Positions 1 to 10,000 of a stretch of DNA of 64,000 nucleotides are shown here, in pieces. The stretch is from contig CAYVLY010000002.1 in NCBI GenBank assembly GCA_964452565.1, positions 22,661 through 86,660 on the forward strand. Reading direction: 5' to 3'. Under the pieces are notes generated by a model. It did no database searches, was not told the DNA's origin, and saw nothing but the letters and a program-made list of their open reading frames with translations. Every line of letters starts with the position of its first letter. The first letter of the stretch is position 1. A program made the position numbers and the translations under genes. The DNA comes from an uncultured Gammaproteobacteria bacterium. Its GTDB lineage: Bacteria; Patescibacteriota; Patescibacteriia; UBA9934.

Positions 1-1
1 A

Positions 2-295
2 GGAATAAGGGCTGTAAAAGGCTCATATAGATTGGTTCATGGACGATTCTGGAAAACATTCTGGCGACTTCTTATTACAAAAATAGTATTTGGCATTGGA
101 GCAGGACTCTTGCATGTAATAATCATCATGTTAGTTGTTGGTATAGAATTTGCCTTTTTCCCGCTAGCTAGCGGGTCTGAGGCTGCGCTTTCGATTGTGT
201 CGCTATTTTTGGAAACTGGAGTAATGGTACTGACAGTGCCAATCTTCATAATTGTTGACTACTTCCTCTATGACAGCCTTATCAAAACCAGATAA
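2..295 (+). CDS. Integral membrane protein, 3' part (truncated by window edge); paralog of next gene
   Basis: Frame is open to the window start; SYRLVHGRFW resembles SFVLVQGRFW in the next ORF; hydrophobic. Confidence 0.7.
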   Translation, partial: GIRAVKGSYRLVHGRFWKTFWRLLITKIVFGIGAGLLHVIIIMLVVGIEFAFFPLASGSEAALSIVSLFLETGVMVLTVPIFIIVDYFLYDSLIKTR

Positions 296-1013
296 AAGCA
301 TGGAGCCAGTCTTCACATTAGTAAAAAACACATGGGGACTATACCGTTCCCATGTTAGTCTTTTTATTGGATATAGCACATGGATGCTCATCCCAATGGT
401 TCTTAATGTACTTTTAACTGTAACATTTGGAGCAGACTATACGTACATCATAGAACCGATCGTATTAGTGCTTGATATTTTAATAATGACCTGGGTCATA
501 ATTTCTTTGATTCAAGTCACGCCACTTGCACAAAGTAAAAAGCGCATTGATACCCGTAAGGTAGGCGCTAGCTCATGGCATCTAGCAGTTCCCTTTCTGC
601 TTTTAACACTCCTTCTTTCTGTGCTAACTGTAGTCGGTTTTGTGCTGTTTATTATTCCAGGTATAGTTTTTGCAATCTATATCACCTTTGCGTCAGCCAT
701 TCTTGTTCTTGAACGCACAAAAATCATTGAATCAATAAAAAAGAGTTTTGTATTAGTGCAAGGTCGCTTTTGGACAGTATTGCACCGCGTATTCTTTGGA
801 AATCTCATCCTCCTAATACCCTACCTTGTTGCCATGATTATTATTGCCAGCATTCTTTTGATGGCACATAACGGAGATGTGGATGCATTGGTGAGCAGTC
901 CTGCCACACTTATGGAACAAATTCTGGTCCGCGTAATCGATGCATGTTTGATACCTCTATTTGTGATTTTTGGTGTTATCCTGTACCAAAACGCAAAGAA
1001 GACTCAATCATAG
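270..1013 (+). CDS. Multi-pass membrane protein (GDPD-membrane-domain-like hypothetical)
   Basis: Several TM segments, IIPGI and S..LV.GRFW motifs; start at ATG 270 or 300. Confidence 0.7.
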   Translation: MTALSKPDKSMEPVFTLVKNTWGLYRSHVSLFIGYSTWMLIPMVLNVLLTVTFGADYTYIIEPIVLVLDILIMTWVIISLIQVTPLAQSKKRIDTRKVGASSWHLAVPFLLLTLLLSVLTVVGFVLFIIPGIVFAIYITFASAILVLERTKIIESIKKSFVLVQGRFWTVLHRVFFGNLILLIPYLVAMIIIASILLMAHNGDVDALVSSPATLMEQILVRVIDACLIPLFVIFGVILYQNAKKTQS

Positions 1014-1048
1014 ACTACTATAGTTGCATGTGATAATATCAGCCTCGT

Positions 1049-2560
1049 ATGAACCTACAGCCAATCATTGGATTAGAAACTCATGTACAGCTCAAAACAA
1101 ACACAAAAATGTTTTGTGCATGTTCTGCGCGTGGACAAGATGATAAGCCAAATACACATGTGTGCCCTGTTTGTTTGGGCCACCCCGGAGTATTGCCTGT
1201 GCCAAATGAACAAGCTATTCGTTGGGCTATTCTTGTAGGACTTGCATTGCGGGGGAAAATTGCAACTAGATCGAAATTCGATAGAAAGAACTACTTTTAT
1301 CCTGACCTTCCAAAGGCATACCAAATTTCTCAGTTCGACTTACCCGTCATGGAAGATGGTGAGGTTGAGCTAGAGATCCCAGGCCAAGAACGTCCGACCA
1401 TTGTGCGGCTCGAACGTCTTCACCTTGAGGAGGATGCAGCAAAGAACATTCACGGAGACGATGGGAAAACATATGTTGACTTTAACCGTGGCGGAACAGC
1501 ATTGTGCGAGATAGTTACACGGCCTGATATCCATTCAGCCGAGGAGGCGAAAGCTTATACGCAGGAACTTCGGTTGCTTGTTCGATCGCTTCGAGTGTCA
1601 GATGGTGATATGGAAAAAGGTCAGCTTCGATGTGATGTGAATATCTCACTTCGTGAGGTTGATGATAATGGAGAACCGCTTGATGATCTGCTGCATCCAA
1701 AAACTGAGATTAAAAATGTAAACTCATTTAAGGCAATCGGGCGTGTGATCGAGCACGAAATCCAACGTCAAACAAAGCTTTGGGAAATGGGCACACCACC
1801 AGCTGAAACTACAACGCGTGGATGGAATGATGTAAGGCAGATTACAGTTGAGCAGCGTGTAAAAGAAGGCTTTGCTGACTATCGGTACTTCCCTGAGCCA
1901 GACATACCGCCACTTGATTTGACTGAAATGACTGAGGAAGTTAAACGAACTCTACCTGAGCTGCCATGGGATCGGCGTAAGAGATTTGCTGATGAGTACG
2001 GGTTCAAAAAGGAAGACATAAAGCAGATGATAGATGATCCCGCGCTTGCAGACTTTACTGAGAACGCCATGAGCGAGCTCTCAGCTTGGTTGCAGTCGCG
2101 TGAGGATGTTAATGAAGACAATGTACTTGAGGCACGAAAGAAGTTGAACAAAATCTTCTCAAGCTGGCTTTTGAACAAGCTGATGGGACTTTTAACTGAA
2201 CGTAAGATCGATATTCGAACAATGAAAGTCACTCCAGAGAACTTTGCCGAATTCATTGTCATGCTTGCTGAAGGCAAGGTCACCGGAACTAAAGGACTTG
2301 AGGTGCTGGGGGCGATGCTTGACTCAGGGGCTGACCCAGAGCATGTAGTTGATGACCTTGGAGCATCTCGAATGGACGATATGGACGCACTTATTTCAAT
2401 CGTAGATACTGTAATCGAAGAAAATCCAAGTGAAGTAGGGCGTTTCAAAAATGGTGAAGAAAAGCTTATGCAATTCTTCCTTGGGCAAATCATGAAAGCC
2501 ACTAAAGGCAATGCTGATCCAGGCGCAAGCGCTAAGGTTTTGAAACAAAAGTTGAAATAA
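1049..2560 (+). CDS. gatB: Asp/Glu-tRNA amidotransferase subunit B
   Basis: IGLETHVQL, FDRKNYFYPDLPK, HLEEDAAK, YRYFPEPD motifs. Confidence 0.98.
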   Translation: MNLQPIIGLETHVQLKTNTKMFCACSARGQDDKPNTHVCPVCLGHPGVLPVPNEQAIRWAILVGLALRGKIATRSKFDRKNYFYPDLPKAYQISQFDLPVMEDGEVELEIPGQERPTIVRLERLHLEEDAAKNIHGDDGKTYVDFNRGGTALCEIVTRPDIHSAEEAKAYTQELRLLVRSLRVSDGDMEKGQLRCDVNISLREVDDNGEPLDDLLHPKTEIKNVNSFKAIGRVIEHEIQRQTKLWEMGTPPAETTTRGWNDVRQITVEQRVKEGFADYRYFPEPDIPPLDLTEMTEEVKRTLPELPWDRRKRFADEYGFKKEDIKQMIDDPALADFTENAMSELSAWLQSREDVNEDNVLEARKKLNKIFSSWLLNKLMGLLTERKIDIRTMKVTPENFAEFIVMLAEGKVTGTKGLEVLGAMLDSGADPEHVVDDLGASRMDDMDALISIVDTVIEENPSEVGRFKNGEEKLMQFFLGQIMKATKGNADPGASAKVLKQKLK

Positions 2561-2569
2561 AAACAAATC

Positions 2570-2596
2570 AAAGATCAGCCGCAAGGCTGGTCTTTT
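2570..2596. terminator. Bidirectional hairpin between convergent gatB and miaA
   Basis: AAAGATCAGCC-GCAA-GGCTGGTCTTTT. Confidence 0.7.
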
Positions 2597-2598
2597 GC

Positions 2599-3393
2599 TT
2601 ACAAAAAATTCTTTATTAATTTAATTCCTTCTTCCACTTTTTCAATCCACTTAATGCGATCATCGCGCTTGAACCAGGTCATCTGACGCTTGGCATAGTG
2701 CCGAGTGTCGCGCTTAAGGTTCTCAATAGCAGTCTCGAGCGAAACATCACCATTCAAGTACTCGCAAATCTGCCGATAGCCAATTCCAGTCATTGATTTA
2801 ATCTCGCAACCGTACTTATCATTCAGCTTGCAAACTTCATCTACAAGTCCTTCGTCGACCATCTCATCAACCCGCTTATTGATCCGATCATACAAAACTT
2901 CGCGATCAACCTTTATGCCAATTTGCAAAACATCAAACTTTGACTTACCTGCTTTACCTCCCTCAAAATCAAAGTTGTCAACCAGCCCTGCTACATACAA
3001 ACCTGTCCCACCGGCAACAATCGGTACTTTGCCTTGAGAAACAATATCCTTGATTTTAGCCTCGGCAAACTCTTTAAAATCAAATGCTTGAAAATGCTCA
3101 TCAGGTTCAACAATGTCGAAACCATAGTGCACAACCCCTTCAACAAGATATAAATCGTCATCCTGAGGAGTCGTAGACGCCGAAGGATCTACTCGAATAG
3201 ATTCTTCGCTGCGCTCAGAATGACAGACACCATCCCTCTCTGGCTTGGCTGTTCCAATACTCATCTCCCTGTATATCGCTCGTGAGTCAGCTGAGATGAT
3301 CTCACCATCGAACTGCTTAGCAGCCTTAATGGCAAGTGAGGTCTTGCCACTTGCTGTCGGTCCAATGATTACAATGACTTTTGGTTTGTTCAT
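2599..3393 (-). CDS. miaA: tRNA dimethylallyltransferase (compact, with in-frame repeat insertion)
   Basis: GPTASGKT, ISADSR, GTAKP, GGTGLY, TRHYAKRQMTWF. Confidence 0.95.
   Translation of the reverse strand: MNKPKVIVIIGPTASGKTSLAIKAAKQFDGEIISADSRAIYREMSIGTAKPERDGVCHSERSEESIRVDPSASTTPQDDDLYLVEGVVHYGFDIVEPDEHFQAFDFKEFAEAKIKDIVSQGKVPIVAGGTGLYVAGLVDNFDFEGGKAGKSKFDVLQIGIKVDREVLYDRINKRVDEMVDEGLVDEVCKLNDKYGCEIKSMTGIGYRQICEYLNGDVSLETAIENLKRDTRHYAKRQMTWFKRDDRIKWIEKVEEGIKLIKNFL
3157..3224. repeat. GTCAT(C/T)CTGAG-family palindromic element, in frame within miaA
   Basis: GTCATCCTGAG..CGAAGGATCTA / TAGATTCTTCG..CTCAGAATGAC inverted arms; related copies at 32907, 33444 and 46778. Confidence 0.9.
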
Positions 3394-3511
3394 GCGCTTA
3401 TACTAGCCAAAAATACAACTTTTATCAAGACTATGGATAACTATTTTGACGCTAATCATGGGTCAGGGTAAGCTAGTGGTAGGAGGAACGTTATTCTTTA
3501 CGTTTTTATAT

Positions 3512-3670
3512 ATGTCATGGTTTAAGCGACTTTTCGGCAAGTGTGGCGATGATTGCGATTCTTGCTGTGGTGATGAGAAACAGGAGACAAGTACACCAGA
3601 TCCAGTTGATGAGCCTGTAACCGAAGGCGAAGAGCAAGCTGGCGAAGGAGAGACTCCAATAATGGAATAG
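3512..3670 (+). CDS. Small Cys-rich, acidic hypothetical protein (52 aa)
   Basis: MSWFKRLFGKCGDDCDSCC..; AT-rich start context; followed by hairpin 3677-3710. Confidence 0.55.
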   Translation: MSWFKRLFGKCGDDCDSCCGDEKQETSTPDPVDEPVTEGEEQAGEGETPIME

Positions 3671-3713
3671 AATTCAAAAATCCCCACTTCGATCGTGAAT
3701 GGGGATTTTTGTT

Positions 3714-5528
3714 TTACCCAACCTCAGGAAGTTCAACTTCAGGAATCCTAGCTCGTTTTAGTACCTCGTCTACAAAAATATCTTGAGCAATGCCAAGGTC
3801 CTTATCATCTCCAAACACATTCACAATGAAGTCGCCACCCTTAACTTCCTTCTCGCCGATTACCACGGTCCATGGGATCTTATCCATTGCAGACTTACGA
3901 ATCTTTTTTCCAACCCCTTCAGAGCTCATATCAAGATACACACGAACCCCCGCACCCTTAAGCTGACGTTCAATCTCACTAGCATACTTCAGAAAATCAT
4001 CACTAACTGGCACAAGTCGAACCTGCTCAGGCATTGCCCACATTGGAAGTGACCCTGCAGTATGTTCGATAAGTACAGCGGCAAACCTTTCGATAGCACC
4101 CATGATTGCAGCATGGACCATTACAACTGGCTCTTCATCCCCCTTCTCATTAACACACGTCAGCTCAAACCTCTCTGGCATATTACGATCAACCTGGATT
4201 GTAGCCACCTGCCACGCACGACCAAGTGCATCCTTAGCAATAAAATCTACTTTTGGCCCATAGAAAGCGGCCTCCCCCACTCCATACTCATAATCTTTAA
4301 CACCGCGCTCATCCAACCATGTCTTCAAAACCTCAACGTTCTTATCCCATTGATCAATTGTTCCGAGATAGGCCTTCATGTTATCTGGATCATGTGCGGA
4401 TAACATAATGTGAAGATCAAACCCGAACTGGCCATAAAACGCTTCAACTATATTCCAAATCTTAAATGCCTCAGTACGTACTTGAGACTCACGACAAAAC
4501 ACATGTGCATCGTCCTGGGTAATGCTTCTGACACGAGTCAAACCTGCCAACTCCCCAGATTGCTCATCGCGATACACCATTGTTGTCTCAGCATATCGCT
4601 GTGGAAGATCACGATAACTTCGTTGCTGCGCAGCATAAATCTGAGTGTGATGCGGGCAGTTCATTGGCTTCATTGCAAACTCATGCCCTTCACGTGTAAC
4701 AATCTTGAAAAGATCGTCCTTAAACTTCTCCCAATGCCCACTAGTCTCATATAAATCCTTCTTTGTTATGTGTGGGATAGTCACCTTTTCATACCCATAT
4801 TGACTGCGAAGACTCCAGATAAAATCATCAAGAGCATTGCGCACGATAGTTCCTCGCGGAGTCCAAAGTGGCAAACCTTGTCCAACAAGATCCGAGAAGG
4901 TCACCAGATCCAGTTCCTTGATAAGCTTTCGATGATCACGTTTCTTAGCTTCTTCAAGCATCTGCATGTACTCTTTTAATTCTTCCTTAGATCCAAAGCA
5001 AACACCATACACACGTTGCATTTGAGCTTTTTGATCATCTCCGCGCCAATAAGCACCAGCAACTTTTGTCAGCTTAAATGCTCCAACTTGACCTGAGTGA
5101 TCAACATGAGGACCACGGCAAAGATCTACGAACTCACCTGTGTGATAAATCGATACTTGATCGGGATTCTCAGTATCGATCTCATCGGACAAATCCTCGC
5201 CAATCTTTGTAGTCCCGCGTTTTTTAAGATCTTTCAAAAGCTCAACCTTAAACTCCTGATCTTTCTCTTCAAAAAACTTGATAGCATCGTCAAGTGACAT
5301 TTCTTCACGCACCATTTCCAACTTCTGACCCATGAGCTTTTTCATGGTCTTTTCAATCTTTTTCAGATCACCCTCGGAGATCGTCTCAGAAAGTGATATA
5401 TCATAATAGAATCCATTATCTACTGCAGGGCCCACTCCAAACTTTGCATCTGGGTAAAGCTTTTGCACAGCAGCCGCAAGTAGATGAGCACAACTATGCC
5501 GCATCTTTTGTAGTTCGTCTTTTTGCAT
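3714..5528 (-). CDS. thrS: Threonine--tRNA ligase
   Basis: RHSCAHLLA, DLCRGPHV, KPMNCP, GEAAFYGPKVD. Confidence 0.98.
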   Translation of the reverse strand: MQKDELQKMRHSCAHLLAAAVQKLYPDAKFGVGPAVDNGFYYDISLSETISEGDLKKIEKTMKKLMGQKLEMVREEMSLDDAIKFFEEKDQEFKVELLKDLKKRGTTKIGEDLSDEIDTENPDQVSIYHTGEFVDLCRGPHVDHSGQVGAFKLTKVAGAYWRGDDQKAQMQRVYGVCFGSKEELKEYMQMLEEAKKRDHRKLIKELDLVTFSDLVGQGLPLWTPRGTIVRNALDDFIWSLRSQYGYEKVTIPHITKKDLYETSGHWEKFKDDLFKIVTREGHEFAMKPMNCPHHTQIYAAQQRSYRDLPQRYAETTMVYRDEQSGELAGLTRVRSITQDDAHVFCRESQVRTEAFKIWNIVEAFYGQFGFDLHIMLSAHDPDNMKAYLGTIDQWDKNVEVLKTWLDERGVKDYEYGVGEAAFYGPKVDFIAKDALGRAWQVATIQVDRNMPERFELTCVNEKGDEEPVVMVHAAIMGAIERFAAVLIEHTAGSLPMWAMPEQVRLVPVSDDFLKYASEIERQLKGAGVRVYLDMSSEGVGKKIRKSAMDKIPWTVVIGEKEVKGGDFIVNVFGDDKDLGIAQDIFVDEVLKRARIPEVELPEVG

Positions 5529-5640
5529 ACTGTTTAAATGTTTAACATGTCTAAATTGTTGACGGTTAGTGAACCAACGACAACACTTTCAACAAGTGAG
5601 GCCAGAGGCCGAATGATTGGACAATTTCAACATTTGAAAT

Positions 5641-5808
5641 AAATAACCGAGCTCGATCTAATAGATCGACCCCGGGGCTCCGACAAATGTCGAAACGGTT
5701 CCACCCGAGTTTGCCAATCGAACTTTCTCAATCAAAAGGCATCTCTTGTTTCTGTAGAAAGTGCTACAGGTCACAGCTCCAGGGTTGGTGAGGCCCTTTC
5801 ATCGCGTA
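5641..5808 (-). promoter_or_regulatory. T-box riboswitch (Thr) upstream of thrS with ultrashort stem I
   Basis: Minus strand: AACTCGGGTGGAACCG T-box motif (5696-5711); terminator CCGGGGTCGATCTA-T-TAGATCGAGCTCGG-TTATTT; ACC codon (5787-5789) in the stem I loop. Confidence 0.85.
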
Positions 5809-5814
5809 CTAAAC

Positions 5815-5844
5815 ATAATACGCCTTACTTGTTTTTTCTGTCAA
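5815..5844 (-). promoter_or_regulatory. Sigma70-type promoter for T-box/thrS
   Basis: TTGACA-18 nt-TATTAT. Confidence 0.7.
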
Positions 5845-5876
5845 ATCAAAAACCCCGATCGCTCGGGGCTTTTTAT

Positions 5877-7022
5877 TTAATCGATTATAATCTTGATATG
5901 GTCTTTAAGCGTTGGAACGCGCTTAAGCCAGAATGGTGTAAACGCCACTGATACGCTTTCGATAAGCTCAGAGGCCTCGAGAATGGTCATAACTTCTGTT
6001 GGTGATCGACCCACAAGCCGGTCTTTATCAAGCACATCGCTTGAAGTCGATATAACCGCAGTACCATCGATATAAACATTCAATGTTGCTTCTTCATTCT
6101 CGGCGTCTGCTGAACGAACGTCAACTTGTGCTCCATCCTCACTTACCTCTGCCAGATCATAGTTCTCTGAAATGCGCGATTGTAAATCAGCCACAGCAAA
6201 CTCCTGCAACATCTCATCGCTGTAATACACAGCTGTAACACTGAGGGTTAAAGATGCGCTGAACGATCCAACCTCAGCACCTGGCTCTTGATCTGCCAAA
6301 CGCTCGGTCTCCTCAATAAGATATGTAACACCGTCAAACTCTTCAGCATCCACCAATGCTGCGAGCTCTTCCTTGGCACCTTCAAGAATCTCTGCTTCAA
6401 GTGACACAGCAGCGTCCTCCAAGTCAGACTCTGCAAGTATGCGCACATACTCAACACCGCCGGTCATTGAATCAATGCTGACCGCATAAACTACCTCCTG
6501 CATTGAAGTTGAAAGCCCCGGAATTGTGAACTGTGTTGGTCCAATCTCACCTGACAATCCTTGCTCATCAGCATGTGCCATAGCTTCAACTTGGCCTTCG
6601 GCCGGTACAATCACCTGCTCATCCAACCTGAACAAAACCCCCTCTTCTGACAAGAGCCGTGTCGTTGCAACAAGCGTTTGCTCACTAGTTGTTTCATTGA
6701 TAAGTGTCACCATGCCTCCTGCGCTTCCTTCAATCGGAGTCGCGCCCTCCTCTGGTAAGTAGAATGTTTGCGCCTGTTTGAAGTCAGCACTTAGTACATA
6801 TCCGCTAATCTGGCCCTCTTGCAAGGCTTCGGGGACTACCTCAACTGACAAATTCGAACTCACTACCTGTGGCACAGGTGTAATTCGAATGGTGGCTGAC
6901 GAGACTGATAGATATAGTACAAACAATAAAAGGATGAATGACACAATCACAAAGGCAATTGCGATCTTTTGATAGACGCGCAATGATCGTGAAAGCGGCT
7001 TTCCTGAAGTTTTAGCAGTCAT
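5877..7022 (-). CDS. Membrane-anchored acidic protein with baseplate-J-like beta domain (CPR-type hypothetical)
   Basis: Single N-terminal TM; LVATTRL..FRL and ADEQG..FTIPGL pattern recalled from CPR proteins. Confidence 0.6.
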   Translation of the reverse strand: MTAKTSGKPLSRSLRVYQKIAIAFVIVSFILLLFVLYLSVSSATIRITPVPQVVSSNLSVEVVPEALQEGQISGYVLSADFKQAQTFYLPEEGATPIEGSAGGMVTLINETTSEQTLVATTRLLSEEGVLFRLDEQVIVPAEGQVEAMAHADEQGLSGEIGPTQFTIPGLSTSMQEVVYAVSIDSMTGGVEYVRILAESDLEDAAVSLEAEILEGAKEELAALVDAEEFDGVTYLIEETERLADQEPGAEVGSFSASLTLSVTAVYYSDEMLQEFAVADLQSRISENYDLAEVSEDGAQVDVRSADAENEEATLNVYIDGTAVISTSSDVLDKDRLVGRSPTEVMTILEASELIESVSVAFTPFWLKRVPTLKDHIKIIID

Positions 7023-7066
7023 ATGAATACATTTATTATTCAACCCCCTAGTTCAATATACACATC

Positions 7067-10000
7067 TTACCTTACATTCCCCTGTCCAACAATCTCAGCA
7101 ACCCCCTCGAGCAAATGACGATCCTTGGTAACCGAATATTCAGTAGAAACCTTTTTTACTTGATCACCTGACTCGACCAATAGATAAACGCGTTCACGGC
7201 CTGGATGATCTTTCAATAATGATCGAAGTTCGACAATTATGTTGTGATCTGGGCTTTCTGGAACAGTAATATACACCCCCTCATCATCAATACCCTCCAC
7301 TACCTCTGACCCTTTATTATCTTCCTCCCACATAGATCCCTGCTTTAAATGCTCGACAACTTCGTCAAAATCTTTTTCTGTGAAAGCTGAGATCTTATCA
7401 GCAAGAACTGAGTACTCCTCACGTTCATCCCAAATGCGTATTGAGACCTTTCCTTCAACAAGAACCATCTTCCCCTCTTCGAGCCAACTAGACACAGTAC
7501 GATACAATCTTGGAAATACAACAATATCAGTCGGCCCGTTTGCATCTTCAAACCGCGCAAACGCCATTGGCTCTTGCCTTTTCTTTGTAAGAATCTTGCG
7601 GATACCCACTATTACTCCTGCCATTTTTACAATAGTGTCTTTTTCTTTTTCAGCGATCTGATTCGTCATTGTGACTAAATCACCTACCTTTTCTTTTATA
7701 ATCTTTGCGGGATGATCTGAAATATAAATACCTAAAAGCTCACGCTCCCAATCTAAAATCTGTTCTTTTGATAACTCTGGCGAAGGCCTGAGTGTTATCT
7801 TATGTTCTGCAACATCGGGTGCAAAATCAAACATTGAAACCTGATTCTGTTCCTTGTCCTTTTGCGCCTGCTTATTCAAAAGTAAAAGCTGATCCATGTT
7901 TGCTGCTAACTGGCCACGGTCAGCGAACCTATCCAGTGCACCTGCTTTGATAAGCGACTCAAGTGCTTTCTTGTTGAAATACTTTGAAGGAACACGCGAG
8001 ACAAAATCAGCCAAGTCTTCATAAGGTCCATTTTCTTTTCGCTCTCGTTGGATTGCTTTACCGATCTCATACCCAAAATTCTTAATTGCAGCCAATCCCC
8101 AACGTATATTTCCACTCTCAGGCACAACCGCAAAACCAGGATACGACTCATTTACATCTGGTGCCAGGACATCGATACCCATGCGCTTGCATTCCTCAAC
8201 TTCAATTGTAATTCGATCAATCGAATTTATATCTGAGTTCATAACAGCAGCCATAAACTCAGGTGGATAGTGTGCCTTTAGATATGCGGTGCGATATGCA
8301 ATCATTGCATAACATGCTGCGTGCGACTTGTTGAATCCATATGCAGCAAAATCCTCAAGCTTTTGAAAAACCTGTTCTGCTATCTCTTTTTTAACACCCT
8401 TCTCTACTGCACCATCGATAAATTCGATGCGCATCTTAGCCATGAGCTCAACAATCTTCTTACCCATCGCCTTTCGAAGTGTATCCGCCTTACCCCCAGT
8501 AAAGCCAGCCATGTCTTTGGAGACTTGCATCACCTGCTCCTGATAAACTGGAATACCATATGTCTCACGAAATGCATTTTCCATGAGATTATGCTCATAT
8601 GTGATCTCTTCTTTTCCATGCTTACGGCGAATAAAACTATCAATGAACTGCATTGGTCCTGGGCGATACAGTGACACCATCGCGATAATATCTTCAAACT
8701 GCGAAGGTCTAAGATCTCGAATGTAGCGCTTCATTCCGTCTGACTCAAGTTGGAACACTCCAGTTGTTTCACCTCGTCCCAGAAGCTGGAAAGTCTTCTT
8801 ATCATCAAGAGGCACGTTCTCAATGTCGATATTAACGTGATGCACAGCTTCGATAATCTCAAGAGCGTCCTGAATGATAGTAAGGTTTGAAAGCCCCAAG
8901 AAATCCATCTTTACCAAGCCCGCAGCTTCTGCTGAGTTCAATGAATACTGTGAGACATATGCCATGTCTTCTTTTTGACCCTCTTGTATTGGTACGCGAT
9001 CAACAAGCGGCAAGTCACCAATCACGATTCCACACGCATGCTGCGAAGTGTGCCGTGGATTTCCTTCAACCTTTTTAGCAAGATTAATAACACGACGGGC
9101 CATCGGATTTGATCTAAGTAACTCCCGGAGCTCAGCATGCTCAACCTCTGCAACCCTGAGTGGCGTATGACGACCCTGGACAGGTTCTGGTACACACTTA
9201 GCAATCAAATCAGCCTCATCAAACGTTAGTCCCAAAACACGGGCCATGTCACGGACAGCCAAACGCGGCATCATTGTTCCAAATGTGATGATTCCCGCAA
9301 CCTTGTCCTCACCGTATTTTTGCTTAACATAATCAAGCACCTCTCCACGTCGAGCATCAGCAAAGTCCAAATCAACATCAGGTATTGAAATACGGTCTGG
9401 GTTTAGAAATCGCTCAAACAGCAATCCATACTCAAGCGGATCCAGGTCTGTAATCTTCAGAGCATACGAAATGATCGAACCTGCAGCTGATCCACGCCCA
9501 GGCCCTACTAAAATCCCCCTGTCTTTTGCCCAGTTGACAAAGTCCTGGACGATAATGAAGTACGAGGCAAATCCCATATCCTTGATCACCCCAAATTCAT
9601 ATTCAAATCGCTCCTTTATCTCCGGTGTTATCTCATCATAACGTTTTCGCAAACCCTCCCAAGCAAGTTCATGGAGATAATCCTCATCTGATTTCCCCTC
9701 TGGCATTGGGAATATTGGCAAGTAGTTATTACCCAGGTCCATTTCGAAATCAACTCTATCTGCGATTCTTTTTGTATTCTCAAGCGCTTCTGGGACGTCT
9801 TTGAAGTATTCGATGATCTCGGCGGGGTTAATCATTGACAGATCTACATCTTCAGTGCTTGTCCGTCGGAAATCCTCAAGTGTCCTGCCGCGCATGATAC
9901 ACATCTGTGCCTCATATCCCTCACGGTCATCAGGATCAAGATAAAAAATATTCTTAGTCGCCACCATCTGGGTTTTGGTTCGCTCTGCGATAGCTTTGAT

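Noticed and set aside
1879-2571. Antisense ORFs over housekeeping genes (also 12892-13413 and 30141-30770)
   Set aside because: Shadow frames of well-supported genes.
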